A stretch of DNA of 64,000 bases from positions 1,056,001 to 1,120,000 of the forward strand of contig JAVLKG010000002.1 in assembly GCA_032128875.1 (NCBI GenBank), written 5' to 3'. Below are positions 19,256-29,351 of the stretch, piece by piece. The position numbers were made by a program, and so were the translations under genes. The notes beneath the pieces were generated by a model. It worked only from the letters and a program-made list of their open reading frames with translations. It was not told the DNA's origin and ran no database searches. Each line of letters starts with the position of its first letter. The first letter of the stretch is position 1. The DNA comes from Candidatus Melainabacteria bacterium 17Bon1m. GTDB lineage: Bacteria; Cyanobacteriota; Vampirovibrionia; Obscuribacterales; Obscuribacteraceae.

Positions 19256-19439
19256 TTTCTCGTCCTCAAGATTCCGGTCGGCTGCTGCGGTTGAAATGCT
19301 CGCTGTGCAAGCCTGGACTTAATTACAATGCGGTTGATCCTATCATGTCGGCGGCTTGTAACCGACCAGGCAGGCCCTCTTGTTGAGATAATGTCGTGAT
19401 AGAGATTAGATATGGTTATTCTTTCGGGAAAGCGCCGGA

Positions 19440-20522
19440 ATGCGGGATCTCTCAGCTAGACAATATGATGCACATTACCGAAGACTAGGTCTAGCACCGG
19501 GTTCTGGTCCTGCCGAAATCGACGCGGCTGCCATGGCACTGCGGGCAAAACTGAGCCCAGGGCGCTTGAAAGATGGACCGCTCAAGGAAATTGCGCCTAT
19601 CAGGTTGGTCGAAATCGGCGAATCTGCGCTGCTTTTGATTGACTATTGGCAACGTCATGATATTGCCCCGCCCAGTATCCAGAGCCGTTATCTGGCAGGT
19701 TCACACGCCTTTGCCGGAATCGAGTCGGTTAATGCAATAACGAAACAGGCTGAGCAAGATGCCGTAAAAGAGCCAAAAACGCTGCCCGTTCTGATTGCTG
19801 AGCCAGACGAGAGAGAAAAGCAGACACACCTCTTTCCTCCTGAAAATGAGAGTGAAATAACATTTTTGGAGCCTGTTGGACCTCAAGCGCCTCAGCTCAA
19901 TTTCAGCTATTCACTTTTCAAAAAGGTCGATGGGGCTGTCTCCCCAAACGCCGATCTAATCAAATCACGTTCAATAATCGGTCTTATAGTTCTGGCAATC
20001 ATCTGGGTTGTGATACCGCTTTTACTTGTCAAAACCGTTGCCTTCATTTTTGAAGACTGTGGCATTGAGCGCTGGTTGGAGTATTTCAGCATTCTTGCCA
20101 AAGTGATTCCGGTTTGTTTTGTTCCGCCGCTAGTCATGTATGAATATGCCTTCTTTCGCCAGTTGCAGTTTCCTTTTGCCGGTGCGCTGAGATTGCCTGT
20201 TGCACAGGCTATGGACAGGTGTGTAGAAAGACTGACAGTTGCGAGTATAGGAAATTCTGCTGGCTGGACCGTTGAAAGCAGGCATGTCCGAGAGCGCAAT
20301 GGTGAGGTAGTTGCAGGCGAAATTGTCGCTGCTTACAGTGGCACAAGCACCGACAGGAAAGTGCCGCTCAAGATTTACATGCGTATTGAAAAACTCAGCA
20401 CCAGCAGCAGTTTTCTTATCTATTGGTTCGAGCTTGATTGGAAATTGCTCTTCAAGGGCAAAGCAGTATCGCGCATGAAGTCTGCGCGTTTCGAACTAGA
20501 CAGGCTGATTAAAGAAAGCTGA
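19440..20522 (+). CDS. Membrane protein with a degenerate N-terminal J-domain-like segment
   Basis: HYRRLGLAPGSGPAEIDAA..LRAKLSPGR resembles J-domain helices I-II; two TM segments follow. Confidence 0.5.
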   Translation: MRDLSARQYDAHYRRLGLAPGSGPAEIDAAAMALRAKLSPGRLKDGPLKEIAPIRLVEIGESALLLIDYWQRHDIAPPSIQSRYLAGSHAFAGIESVNAITKQAEQDAVKEPKTLPVLIAEPDEREKQTHLFPPENESEITFLEPVGPQAPQLNFSYSLFKKVDGAVSPNADLIKSRSIIGLIVLAIIWVVIPLLLVKTVAFIFEDCGIERWLEYFSILAKVIPVCFVPPLVMYEYAFFRQLQFPFAGALRLPVAQAMDRCVERLTVASIGNSAGWTVESRHVRERNGEVVAGEIVAAYSGTSTDRKVPLKIYMRIEKLSTSSSFLIYWFELDWKLLFKGKAVSRMKSARFELDRLIKES

Positions 20523-20553
20523 ATTTGAGCTGCGCTCAAAGCGGATTGTGCCT

Positions 20554-21384
20554 TCAGCACTCGAATTCCGTGGTCTCAGGATAACCGTCATCTATAGGCA
20601 TGCCGGCAAAAATGTGGTCGTCAGCATGTTTGTTTGAGTACACACCGTAAAAGAGATAGACCGCGGCCAAAATTCCGTAGATGCCCAGCCAGAGCTGGAA
20701 AAACTGGTTTGATACTATCAACAGTGTGCCAAGTACAACACCTGGCGTTACTGCTACAACAGATACGCGCACTAGTTTGCTATATGAGAGATAAAAGCTC
20801 ATGGTGGCTGTGAAGACTCGACCAATAAAGCCTAAAACAAGGACTTGCGATGCCACCCAAGCAAAGTGAATAGGAAGGAGAACGCCAGCTACGATCACGC
20901 CCAACCATGTCTTGAGAAATTTGATGTGCTTCGAGACACCCAAAGGATCAAGTACAAGCGTCCAAATCTTCTCGTAAATCCATTTTTTTACTCTGCCTTG
21001 ATCGCGAACGAAATGTGCGCAGTCAGTTTCGCCAAAAATAATGGGGGCAAATTCAGCTGCTTCAGCTGGTGCCTGGCTGGTCTTATCAAAACGAATTGCC
21101 GGTCTGTCCTGAATCGTAATTACGTATGGCAGCTCTTTATCAATGGTCATTCGACCATCTTTGAGCGTTATCGTAGGCATTTGCGGCAAAATGACCTTTT
21201 CTACCTGCAAAATGATTGCATTTGCCCAGGCATGCACCCAAATGCCGATACATATGGTCGATGTAAGAACCAGGACGAAGAGATAACCAAACCCGATGCC
21301 CCGCCATTCGCGAGCCGCCCGGATGTACGCGTCTCTCGAATAGAACGACAAATATAGAGTTCGAATGTTGTTAATCCAGGCCAT
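20554..21384 (-). CDS. DUF1189-like membrane protein
   Basis: SFYSRDAY..WRGIGFGYL, PTITLKDG, LSYSKLVRVSVVAVTP; about four TMs. Confidence 0.7.
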   Translation of the reverse strand: MAWINNIRTLYLSFYSRDAYIRAAREWRGIGFGYLFVLVLTSTICIGIWVHAWANAIILQVEKVILPQMPTITLKDGRMTIDKELPYVITIQDRPAIRFDKTSQAPAEAAEFAPIIFGETDCAHFVRDQGRVKKWIYEKIWTLVLDPLGVSKHIKFLKTWLGVIVAGVLLPIHFAWVASQVLVLGFIGRVFTATMSFYLSYSKLVRVSVVAVTPGVVLGTLLIVSNQFFQLWLGIYGILAAVYLFYGVYSNKHADDHIFAGMPIDDGYPETTEFEC

Positions 21385-21482
21385 TTGCCTGCCTCGCAGA
21401 CTGTCCTTGGTAGATATCGTCTAGATTACATCCTAACGCAAAGCGCCCAGGAAGCAACACCTAGAATCTTGCAGTCGCGAAC

Positions 21483-22070
21483 CTAAGACTGGCGCCAGTT
21501 TGAATTCGTTCGCGAGGTAAGAATATGGTCCTGCCATTTGCCATTCAAGCACAGATAGTCCCTGGCGTAGCCTTCGACGACAAATCCAAGTCGACTCAAT
21601 ACGCCGGCGCTCTTAAGATTGTGCGGAACGTAATTCGCCATGATACGGTGAACATTCATCTCCTGAAAGGCAAAGTCGATCGCGACAGCAGCTGCTTCTG
21701 TCATATAGCCTTGCCCCTGTTGGTCTTTGTCGAGGCTATAGCCGAGATAGCAAAATTGAGCAGCTCTTCTCAGAATTGAGGTGAAATTAACTGTGGCAAT
21801 GACCCGCTTTCCATAACCGTGTTCGCCTTTACGAAGGAAGGCAAATAGGTTTAGCGCTTCATCGCGCTGGTATGCGTCGACATTTTTCACAAGCCTGTCG
21901 CTCCAATGCATCGCGGTATAAAACGATTCCGGCATAAGCGCTTGTGAGTTTGCGATGTGCTCTCGATTTCTAACGTAATAATCGACGACTTCATCGACGT
22001 CGTTTTCACCTGGCATCGTTAATACCAGTCGCTCGGAAAACAAGAGAGGAATAGTTTTGGTTGGAGGCAT
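21483..22070 (-). CDS. rimJ: RimJ/RimL-family GNAT N-acetyltransferase
   Basis: CYLGYSLD..QGQGYMTEA, HRIMANYVPHNLKS, GFVVEGYARDYLCLNGKWQDH. Confidence 0.85.
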   Translation of the reverse strand: MPPTKTIPLLFSERLVLTMPGENDVDEVVDYYVRNREHIANSQALMPESFYTAMHWSDRLVKNVDAYQRDEALNLFAFLRKGEHGYGKRVIATVNFTSILRRAAQFCYLGYSLDKDQQGQGYMTEAAAVAIDFAFQEMNVHRIMANYVPHNLKSAGVLSRLGFVVEGYARDYLCLNGKWQDHILTSRTNSNWRQS

Positions 22071-22186
22071 TACTTATCTTCCGGCTTGATACAAAGCTCA
22101 ATTGCCCATGGTTTCTTGCGAAACACCATCATCAGTCAAGTGACAGAGTCAGATCTTAGCGCGTTTCATTTCACATATACTCAGAG

Positions 22187-23281
22187 ATGGGGGGCTCATC
22201 TGTGGGACAATTTCGATGCCTATGGATGGATGGTTATTTGATAAGTAGTTTGAAAGTTAGCAAAATTTGCCTGCTTTCTTCCGCGCTGGTGTTGTTCGCA
22301 GCCGGTTGCGCACCAGTGTCCGACAAACCAGATATCTCAAAACTGATCAAATCTTCAATTGAAGCTCGCGCGGCTGGACATGAGGATCTGGCGGCAAACG
22401 ATCTAAAAGAGGCTTATGAAAATCTGCCGGCTAGGGGACCCGGCAGGGTTGAGGCAATAAATCAGCTCTACGTTCCCACACTGGATTTAGCTGCTGACTT
22501 GCGAAAATCCGGACGCCTTTCTTTGTCTAATACTATGTACGACAAAGCAATAGAGATCGAGCCAGAATGCACGTTAGGCGGCAGGTCCTCAGCTAGGCGA
22601 CTTAAGCGTGAAACGGAAGAAGTTTTTGACACAGAAGAAAGAATAATTACAAACCAGAGCACGTATAGCGCTCAAAAAGCAAGAATCAAAGCTCTTCAAG
22701 ATAAAACGGAGAGTCTCGAGCGGCGTGTCCTGACCGATGATCCCAAGCCACTAGAAGACGAAGCGATCAAGCATTTGGATGTTATTCGAAATTCTTTTGG
22801 CGTCGCTAGTTCACAATACGTGGACGCAGTTCGCGCCACAGGAGAGATTTTAATCAAGCTGAATAAGGCTCCGGTTGCAGTGAGAATCTTAGAAGTTGAT
22901 ATCAGACAACTTTCTGAACCAAAAATTGAAAGCATCAAAACTGGTGATATTGATGCTGTTCAAGATCTCTACTTCCATATTCCGCTAAAGAGCGAACTAG
23001 CATATCTTCAGATAAAAACCGGCCAGCTTGATGAAGCAGAGCAAAATGCTCGCAAGTCTTGCGAACTGGCAAAGTGTGTCGGTGGCGAGATGAAGAGCCG
23101 ATTGGCTGTGGCACAGTTGACGCTCGCCACTGTCTTGAACCTCAAAGGAGATAAGGAAGGAGCGCTCAGGCTTTTGAAGGAAACTTTGCCACTTCTTCGA
23201 GTAGAGAAGTTGGGCAAAGATTCAGAAAGATGCAAAAAAATGATTGAGCAAATTGAAAAAGCTCAAACCGGAAAGCAGTAA
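22187..23281 (+). CDS. Putative lipoprotein with TPR-like helical repeats
   Basis: Lipobox-like LFAAG-C; paralogous to the next ORF. True start probably downstream of 22187. Confidence 0.7.
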   Translation: MGGSSVGQFRCLWMDGYLISSLKVSKICLLSSALVLFAAGCAPVSDKPDISKLIKSSIEARAAGHEDLAANDLKEAYENLPARGPGRVEAINQLYVPTLDLAADLRKSGRLSLSNTMYDKAIEIEPECTLGGRSSARRLKRETEEVFDTEERIITNQSTYSAQKARIKALQDKTESLERRVLTDDPKPLEDEAIKHLDVIRNSFGVASSQYVDAVRATGEILIKLNKAPVAVRILEVDIRQLSEPKIESIKTGDIDAVQDLYFHIPLKSELAYLQIKTGQLDEAEQNARKSCELAKCVGGEMKSRLAVAQLTLATVLNLKGDKEGALRLLKETLPLLRVEKLGKDSERCKKMIEQIEKAQTGKQ

Positions 23282-23284
23282 GAC

Positions 23285-24682
23285 ATGGAAAAAGAGCTCT
23301 TATCGAAATTTGCGGCGTTTGCAACCACGGCGATCATGTGTCTCGCCGCTTGTGGTCAAACTGTCAAGAAAGATGTGTTTGCAGACTTGATTAATGATGG
23401 CGCTCAGGCCAGATCTACAGGTCATGAAGATCGAGCTGCCAACAGCTTGAAAGAAGCTTTCGAAATGTTGCCTCCGGTTGGAAGTCCAAAACGGGTGGAA
23501 TGCGTCAACAGACTCTATCCAGAAATTCTGGCATTATCAGCGGATTTAAGACGCTCTGGTCGCTTCAGTCTTTCGAAAACCATGTTGGACAAAGCAATAG
23601 AAATTGAGTCTGAGTGCAACTTGCCGGACAAGAAATCTGCAGTTGCTCTGAAGGAAGAGACAGAGAAAGTCGGCGAAATGGAATTGAGTTTGCTGAAGCG
23701 AGCAGACAAGGCAAAAGAGCTTCGGTTCGAGTTGAAGCAGTTGAAACATACGACTCGCGATCTTGCAAAGCAATTTGCCAGCGGCGATTTTGAACAAGTC
23801 GCACGCGACGGTCGCGCGCACCTGGAGGTTTTACGAAAGACCAGAGGTGTAGCCAGTAAAGCCTATTGCGATGCGCGAAGGTTGATCATCGAATCGATGC
23901 TTCATCAGGGAAACCCTGAGGGTGCATTGAAGCTTCTTGAAGATGATGTTCTTGAACTGAATACGTTTAAAGACAGCGAATTAATGAATGCGGACGAGGA
24001 GGCTGTCGAAAATGCACTTTTCCTTAGTCCGTTGCTCGCCCAGATTTCCGGGTTGCAACTAACTCTCGGAAAGCAAGCTGAAGCAGAGAAGAGTGCGCGC
24101 CGCTCACTTGAGATTGCAAAAATCCTTGGCGGCAAGGCTAACCCTGATGCTTCTTCCAGTCAGCTAGTCTTGGCTATTATCCTGAAGCAACAAGGCAAGA
24201 ATAAGGAAGCGCTACTGAGCGCGCGCGGAGCATTGCCTCTTCTGGCGAATGCAAAGCATCAGCGACAAAACTGGATTCGTTGTCTTTGTACGATCGCAGA
24301 GCTCGAAGATTTGTTGGGCTTGAAAGTTGAGGCGAGAAGAGACTTTGACCAGTTGATAAACGAGGCGGAAACTGCCAGAGATCCCGGCGCGGCGAGTGTG
24401 TCTCTTGCGGTTGCAGCGGCTTATTATCGAACACAAGGCGATCAAGCAAAGTATTTGAAACTGAAAGAAGAAGCGATAACTCTAGCTCAGCGAAAAAGTG
24501 AGCCGCCATTTTCTGTGGCAATGACATACGAGACGCTAGGTGACTCTTCTGTGCGTTTTTCGAAGTTTTCCGAGGCGCTGCAGTCATACGAGACAGCGGT
24601 TAGATATGCTTCCCAACATCAAAAAGAAAGCATAGAGCAAAAAATTGCAGCTTGCAAAAAGAACAAGTCCGTAGCTTCGTAG
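23285..24682 (+). CDS. Putative lipoprotein with TPR-like helical repeats
   Basis: Lipobox LAA-C; TPR-like segments; paralogous to the preceding ORF. Confidence 0.75.
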   Translation: MEKELLSKFAAFATTAIMCLAACGQTVKKDVFADLINDGAQARSTGHEDRAANSLKEAFEMLPPVGSPKRVECVNRLYPEILALSADLRRSGRFSLSKTMLDKAIEIESECNLPDKKSAVALKEETEKVGEMELSLLKRADKAKELRFELKQLKHTTRDLAKQFASGDFEQVARDGRAHLEVLRKTRGVASKAYCDARRLIIESMLHQGNPEGALKLLEDDVLELNTFKDSELMNADEEAVENALFLSPLLAQISGLQLTLGKQAEAEKSARRSLEIAKILGGKANPDASSSQLVLAIILKQQGKNKEALLSARGALPLLANAKHQRQNWIRCLCTIAELEDLLGLKVEARRDFDQLINEAETARDPGAASVSLAVAAAYYRTQGDQAKYLKLKEEAITLAQRKSEPPFSVAMTYETLGDSSVRFSKFSEALQSYETAVRYASQHQKESIEQKIAACKKNKSVAS

Positions 24683-24695
24683 TTCCAGTTTCAAA

Positions 24696-25892
24696 CTAGA
24701 TAAAACTGTTTCGCTTCTTGCTTTCCTTGGCGCTGAGCTTGACCGGTTTCAACCCAAGCTGTACAAGTTGGCGTGCGACCAACTCGAAAAACCGTTGTCT
24801 GTCACCGCCTTTTATTACAGCCAGGTTGTGAGCCTCTGCTAAACAGACTGGGTAGCCCATCCCCTTCTTCACCTGTGCTTTCACGGCTACCAGTGCACTA
24901 TCCAGGAGTTCTTTGTGCTCCAGCATCCAGCGAGGAAATTCAATGCGCGCGACTTCGTTGCCTACATTGAAATAGGCAAAACAAATTCTATGATCGGCGG
25001 CCATCAGTTTTGTCACCGACGCACCAGACTGAAAAGCTGCAGTGCGCTCGCCGTATTTAAGAGAATTTGCCACCAACTGGCGGTCGCTCAGCGGCCAGAT
25101 CTTAGAGCATGGGAAATCTTCTTCGTTTAGCTGACCGCAATGATCGCGGCAGTGGCTATTTTCATAAGGGCAAATATACACTCGCAAGTCATTGACCACG
25201 TCGCCGCTTCGGCTGTTGCTCAGGTATCCGAAAAGAGGTACACCGGCGTCGTGCAATTTGTCGAAGGCATCAGACATTCTCTTAAGGTATGTCTCGATGT
25301 ATCCTCCTGGCATTTTTTCCACAGACCATGGGATAAGGGAGCCGTCGACTAGTGCCACAACCGGTGCTCCGCGCAGCAGTGACTGAAGCGACAACTCAAC
25401 CAATTTTTCCAGTTCTAGCATTTGCCTTTCGAGTGAAACATACAGCTCGTCAATGTGCATCCGCCTTCTGTCTACCAGTGGATAGAGGTCATCGTCCGTA
25501 TGGAAAAGCCTGGGCTCGGTATCAAGAATCGGAGGTGCTTTTATGCCGTAACTGATTACCGCGGAGCCGATATTCAAAAGAAAGCACGTGTGAATCTCAT
25601 GGTGACTCGGCATGATCTGAGAGCCATCTACTGCCACAACTGTGACCGGTTGGTCAGCGGAATTGCTTGCGACCACTACATTTTTGTCGATCGGCTCCAG
25701 AGGAATTGCCGTTGGCCACCACGTCCAGGCCCGGTTTTGCTCGAGTTTTTCCACAAAAATTTCTTGATTCGCAAGCGCACTTTTGTAGGCTGCTTCTCCT
25801 GCTTCCAGCGTTTCTTTTTTTGATAGCGCGGTTGGAAGCCCTTCGACTCCAACTTTCTCTATTTGCTGAATCAGTTTGCGAAAGTCCAGCAT
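24696..25892 (-). CDS. nurA: NurA-family nuclease
   Basis: VAVDGSQ, LVDGSLIPW, ARIEFP, GYPVCLAEAHNLAVI. Start ATG 25892 overlaps the upstream stop (TAATG). Confidence 0.9.
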   Translation of the reverse strand: MLDFRKLIQQIEKVGVEGLPTALSKKETLEAGEAAYKSALANQEIFVEKLEQNRAWTWWPTAIPLEPIDKNVVVASNSADQPVTVVAVDGSQIMPSHHEIHTCFLLNIGSAVISYGIKAPPILDTEPRLFHTDDDLYPLVDRRRMHIDELYVSLERQMLELEKLVELSLQSLLRGAPVVALVDGSLIPWSVEKMPGGYIETYLKRMSDAFDKLHDAGVPLFGYLSNSRSGDVVNDLRVYICPYENSHCRDHCGQLNEEDFPCSKIWPLSDRQLVANSLKYGERTAAFQSGASVTKLMAADHRICFAYFNVGNEVARIEFPRWMLEHKELLDSALVAVKAQVKKGMGYPVCLAEAHNLAVIKGGDRQRFFELVARQLVQLGLKPVKLSAKESKKRNSFI

Positions 25893-27217
25893 TATGGCTT
25901 GCCCTCGATTTTTGAGGTCTGCGTGCGTCTGAGTCGCTCTTCGTGCCGCTTTAGGATCGCACGAAGTTTTTGAATGGAGCCCAGCGGGTTCTTGTTTTTC
26001 GATGAATCCGTCAGAAGCTCTATTGCTGTGGAAAAACATTCATCAGTCGCAAATGATTTTGAAATCGCTTTGGCAAGTTCTGAAAAGCTTCTGATATCCT
26101 GTGTTTGTGACGTTTTTTCAGCAGGTGATGTAGATGCTGTCAGTGCAGAAATTATGTATTCGTCAAAAGAACGGTACACAAATTCATTCTCAGTCGAGCC
26201 GGAAAAGAAATTATCCTCGGTCAATTCCGGTGGCACTAAAGGCGGTGTCATTGAGTTTAGCTGTAAAAATGAATCGCAGACTGCAATCAACAGATTGTGA
26301 GCAGTTTTTACCGAAGAATTTAAGGGTTGCTTTTCTTCAGGATGAGGCAAAAATGACAGGCAAACAAAATCCTCGCCGATGTGAAAGTCCAGAAGGTGAG
26401 GCAGGAGTGCAAGACCGCTGATTTGAATCGAAGAAAGATTGTTTGCAAGTTGCTTTCTTGTATCGGATTCAAGCGAGCCTGAGAGATTGAATCGTCTAAT
26501 GCAAACGGTTCGACAGTCTGTCCAGAGATCCTGCCAGAGTTCTTGCCAAACGTCATGCTCTTTCCATTCAGCGGCATCAGTTTGTTGGATAAGTTTGTAA
26601 CGTCCCAACCAATTTTCAAAATGTGTGTTTCTCTGATCTCTTGTAAGCCCCTGCACAGGCTCTTTCGACTGCGCCGGTTTTGATGTTTCAGTGCATTGAG
26701 TAATGGTATCGAGCGGTATGACTTTGAAGCTAAGACTGACCTGCGGGGCTACTGGACGCTTTTGGCTTCGTTTGCAAATCTGTCGGGAAAGCCTCTCTAA
26801 AACCATCGTTGACTCTGTCTTCGCTGTCTCAGGAAGGTAAATGAAATACTTGCCGGAGCCTGCATAAGCCACGCGGTCTTCATGACGCAATTGCGTACTA
26901 ATTTCTCGCTCAATAACTTGCGCCAGCTTTTCGGCTTGTTCGGAACTCTTAGATTTTGCAATATGAGCAAATTCGAATAGCTCGATAGATGCCAATGTAA
27001 ACTTATTGTTTGTGGTCTTCGCTGCGTCTATAAGGTCTTTGCAGGATACTGATTTGCTGTCTATTCCGCTCTTCTCGGATTTTGCCGCGCGTAGGCGCCT
27101 TTCCAGACCTGGGCGCAGTATTTCTGCCTCAGCCTCTGATGTCGAACGCTCTGGCTTCTGCTTTTCCGGCTTCTTTTCGGGAGACAAAATGATGCTCCTC
27201 TTCCGATAGAGTGGCAT
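25892..27217 (-). CDS. Degenerate GGDEF-like domain fused to a pseudokinase-like domain
   Basis: LRHEDRVAYAGSGKYFIYLPET (GGDEF position reads GSGKY). VCDSFLQLNSMTPPLVPPELTEDNF aligns by eye to kinase ..LH..PPIVHRDLTPDN. Confidence 0.6.
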   Translation of the reverse strand: MPLYRKRSIILSPEKKPEKQKPERSTSEAEAEILRPGLERRLRAAKSEKSGIDSKSVSCKDLIDAAKTTNNKFTLASIELFEFAHIAKSKSSEQAEKLAQVIEREISTQLRHEDRVAYAGSGKYFIYLPETAKTESTMVLERLSRQICKRSQKRPVAPQVSLSFKVIPLDTITQCTETSKPAQSKEPVQGLTRDQRNTHFENWLGRYKLIQQTDAAEWKEHDVWQELWQDLWTDCRTVCIRRFNLSGSLESDTRKQLANNLSSIQISGLALLPHLLDFHIGEDFVCLSFLPHPEEKQPLNSSVKTAHNLLIAVCDSFLQLNSMTPPLVPPELTEDNFFSGSTENEFVYRSFDEYIISALTASTSPAEKTSQTQDIRSFSELAKAISKSFATDECFSTAIELLTDSSKNKNPLGSIQKLRAILKRHEERLRRTQTSKIEGKP

Positions 27218-27265
27218 TGAGGCCAGGCTGTAATATACTTGTGAGATCCTATCAGATCGGAATAA

Positions 27266-27730
27266 TTGCCAATGGCCAAAAAAGAGCCTAAACCTCTTCA
27301 GCTAGTATGCGACCTGGCGCCTACGCTGGCGCAAAGAGTGTTTCAAATTCGTGAGATGCGAAATCTTACTGTCAAAGATTTGGCGAAATTGTCGCGATTC
27401 AGCGTGAGCCGAATTGAGGACATCGAATCAGGCGTTGAAACCTGGCTATCAGCCAGCGACAGACAGTTGCTGGCACGCGCGCTGAATGTTGAACCTGTGT
27501 TATTGCTGGAGGTTGAAGCAAAACGCTTAGACAGCGCCAGCGAAGAAGAAAAGTTGAAGGTTCATACGGAACTGGCGGAGAAAATTCTGACAGGGTTGAG
27601 GGAAGCAAGTTGCCCTAACTGCGGCGGTTCTCTTAAATGCTCTGTTGAACATGGTCTTGATCTGGACGGCAAAGTTCAAGAATATGCCAAAGCTTTTTGC
27701 CTCAAATGTCCGTTCGTGCTTAGAGCTTAG
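27266..27730 (+). CDS. XRE-family HTH protein with C-terminal zinc ribbon
   Basis: IREMRNLTVKDLAKLS..SRIEDIESG; CPNC..CLKC. Confidence 0.8.
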   Translation: MPMAKKEPKPLQLVCDLAPTLAQRVFQIREMRNLTVKDLAKLSRFSVSRIEDIESGVETWLSASDRQLLARALNVEPVLLLEVEAKRLDSASEEEKLKVHTELAEKILTGLREASCPNCGGSLKCSVEHGLDLDGKVQEYAKAFCLKCPFVLRA

Positions 27731-27756
27731 CGATTTTCTATTTTGGAGTCTTTACT

Positions 27757-28575
27757 TTGAGAATTCTTCTTTCCAACGATGATGGCATCAATGCGCCCGG
27801 CATTCGCGCATTGGCAGAACGGCTTTCAAGAGACAGCAATCATGAAGTTTACGTGGTCGCGCCTGATCGCGAACGCAGTGCAACAGGGCATTGCCTGACA
27901 CTTCATAAACCCTTGCGCGTAACCGTTGAAGAGTTGCCTGGGAATGTGAAGAAGGCCTGGTCAACTACCGGCACGCCCAGTGATTCGGTAAAGTTGGCGG
28001 TATCCGAGTTGCTGCCTGAAAAACCAGATCTTGTGATTTCTGGAATCAACAATGGACCGAATTTAGGAAGCGAAATTCTTTACTCTGGTACAGTTGCCGC
28101 CGCCATGGAAGCTGCTTTTCTTGGACTTTCTTCAATTGCTGTGAGTCTATTTTGGGGTGAAACTCGTCGCTTCGATGTTGCTGCGGAGTTTATAGCCAGA
28201 TTGATTGGCTCCGTTCCTGATATGAAAATGCGTGAGCGCAGTCTACTGAATATCAATGTTCCCAACGTTCCGTTTGATGAAATTGCCGGAGTTTCAGTCA
28301 CCGAGGCTGGTATCAGATTGTACGATGATCGTTTTGAAAGACGCGAAGATCCGCGCGGCAAAACCTATTACTGGCTGACAGGACACGCGGTGGACAAGGA
28401 TGAAGCGAAGACAAGCGATGTCTATGCTGTTTTGAACAAGAAAATTTCAATCACGCCGGTCGTGTTTAACATGACAGATCATCAAGCCGTCACCAGATTG
28501 AGCGCCCTTGCTCAAATCGATGCGGCGCTTGAAACAGCTAAGATTGCAGGAAAAGAAGAAGCTGCCAGAAAGTAG
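27757..28575 (+). CDS. surE: 5'/3'-nucleotidase SurE
   Basis: LSNDDGINAPG, GTPSD, SGINNGPNLG, YSGTVAAA, DPRGKTYYW. Confidence 0.97.
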   Translation: MRILLSNDDGINAPGIRALAERLSRDSNHEVYVVAPDRERSATGHCLTLHKPLRVTVEELPGNVKKAWSTTGTPSDSVKLAVSELLPEKPDLVISGINNGPNLGSEILYSGTVAAAMEAAFLGLSSIAVSLFWGETRRFDVAAEFIARLIGSVPDMKMRERSLLNINVPNVPFDEIAGVSVTEAGIRLYDDRFERREDPRGKTYYWLTGHAVDKDEAKTSDVYAVLNKKISITPVVFNMTDHQAVTRLSALAQIDAALETAKIAGKEEAARK

Positions 28576-28604
28576 AACGATTAAAGAGAAGCTGAAAGCA
28601 ATAA

Positions 28605-29351
28605 ATGTCTGAGTCTAAGTCTAAACCTGACCAAATAACATCCGGACTCGATCCGGATCTCGCAGCCAGGACTTTTTTCCGTGATCCTCAATGGCTATTC
28701 AAGACAGGTATCGGCGGTTTTTTGAATGTTTTGTCCTTCATTCTCTGCGCCGTGAATTACCTTCTGATTCCGATTGCGTTTCTCCTCTGGGGAGTAGTTA
28801 CCGGCTATGTATTGCGTGCGGCCCGGACGCACATCAAAAATCCAGAAGACAAATTGCCTGAGTGGAATGATTGGTTAGACCTACTAATATCTGGTCTCAC
28901 GTGGATGGCTATCTACACTGGGCAATTGCTCTTTTTCTTCTCCGTGTTTTCCACTTTGATGCTTGTGGGACTCTCCTTCGGCATGGTCAGCGCGGCCAAC
29001 CCAAGCAACTTAGCTTGGTCTTTTGGAAGCCTTTATGGTCTCGTCGCGTTGGCTTCGGTCATCAGCATGAATTCAGCGTATTTGATGATCAACTTGGCTC
29101 AAGAAGAGCAGCTTTCCGGTGCGTTTGCAGTCAATGTCGTCATTTCGAAAGTGCTGTCGCGACCGGCGGACTTCATTCTTGCCTGGTTGTTGTCATTGGG
29201 AATTCAATTGGCGGCGATTGTTTTGCCGGCATTAACTGTCGTCGGCTTGTTCTTTCTGCCGTCGATTTGGTTTGCAGGTCAAGTGCTGAGCGCGTTGGTA
29301 CTCGCCCAAGTGTGGGCTTCGGTACCGCGTGAGGCGAAAGTTAGTGCTTGA
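28605..29351 (+). CDS. DUF4013-like membrane protein
   Basis: FRDPQWLFK, GYVLR, LPEWNDWLDL; several TMs. Confidence 0.75.
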   Translation: MSESKSKPDQITSGLDPDLAARTFFRDPQWLFKTGIGGFLNVLSFILCAVNYLLIPIAFLLWGVVTGYVLRAARTHIKNPEDKLPEWNDWLDLLISGLTWMAIYTGQLLFFFSVFSTLMLVGLSFGMVSAANPSNLAWSFGSLYGLVALASVISMNSAYLMINLAQEEQLSGAFAVNVVISKVLSRPADFILAWLLSLGIQLAAIVLPALTVVGLFFLPSIWFAGQVLSALVLAQVWASVPREAKVSA

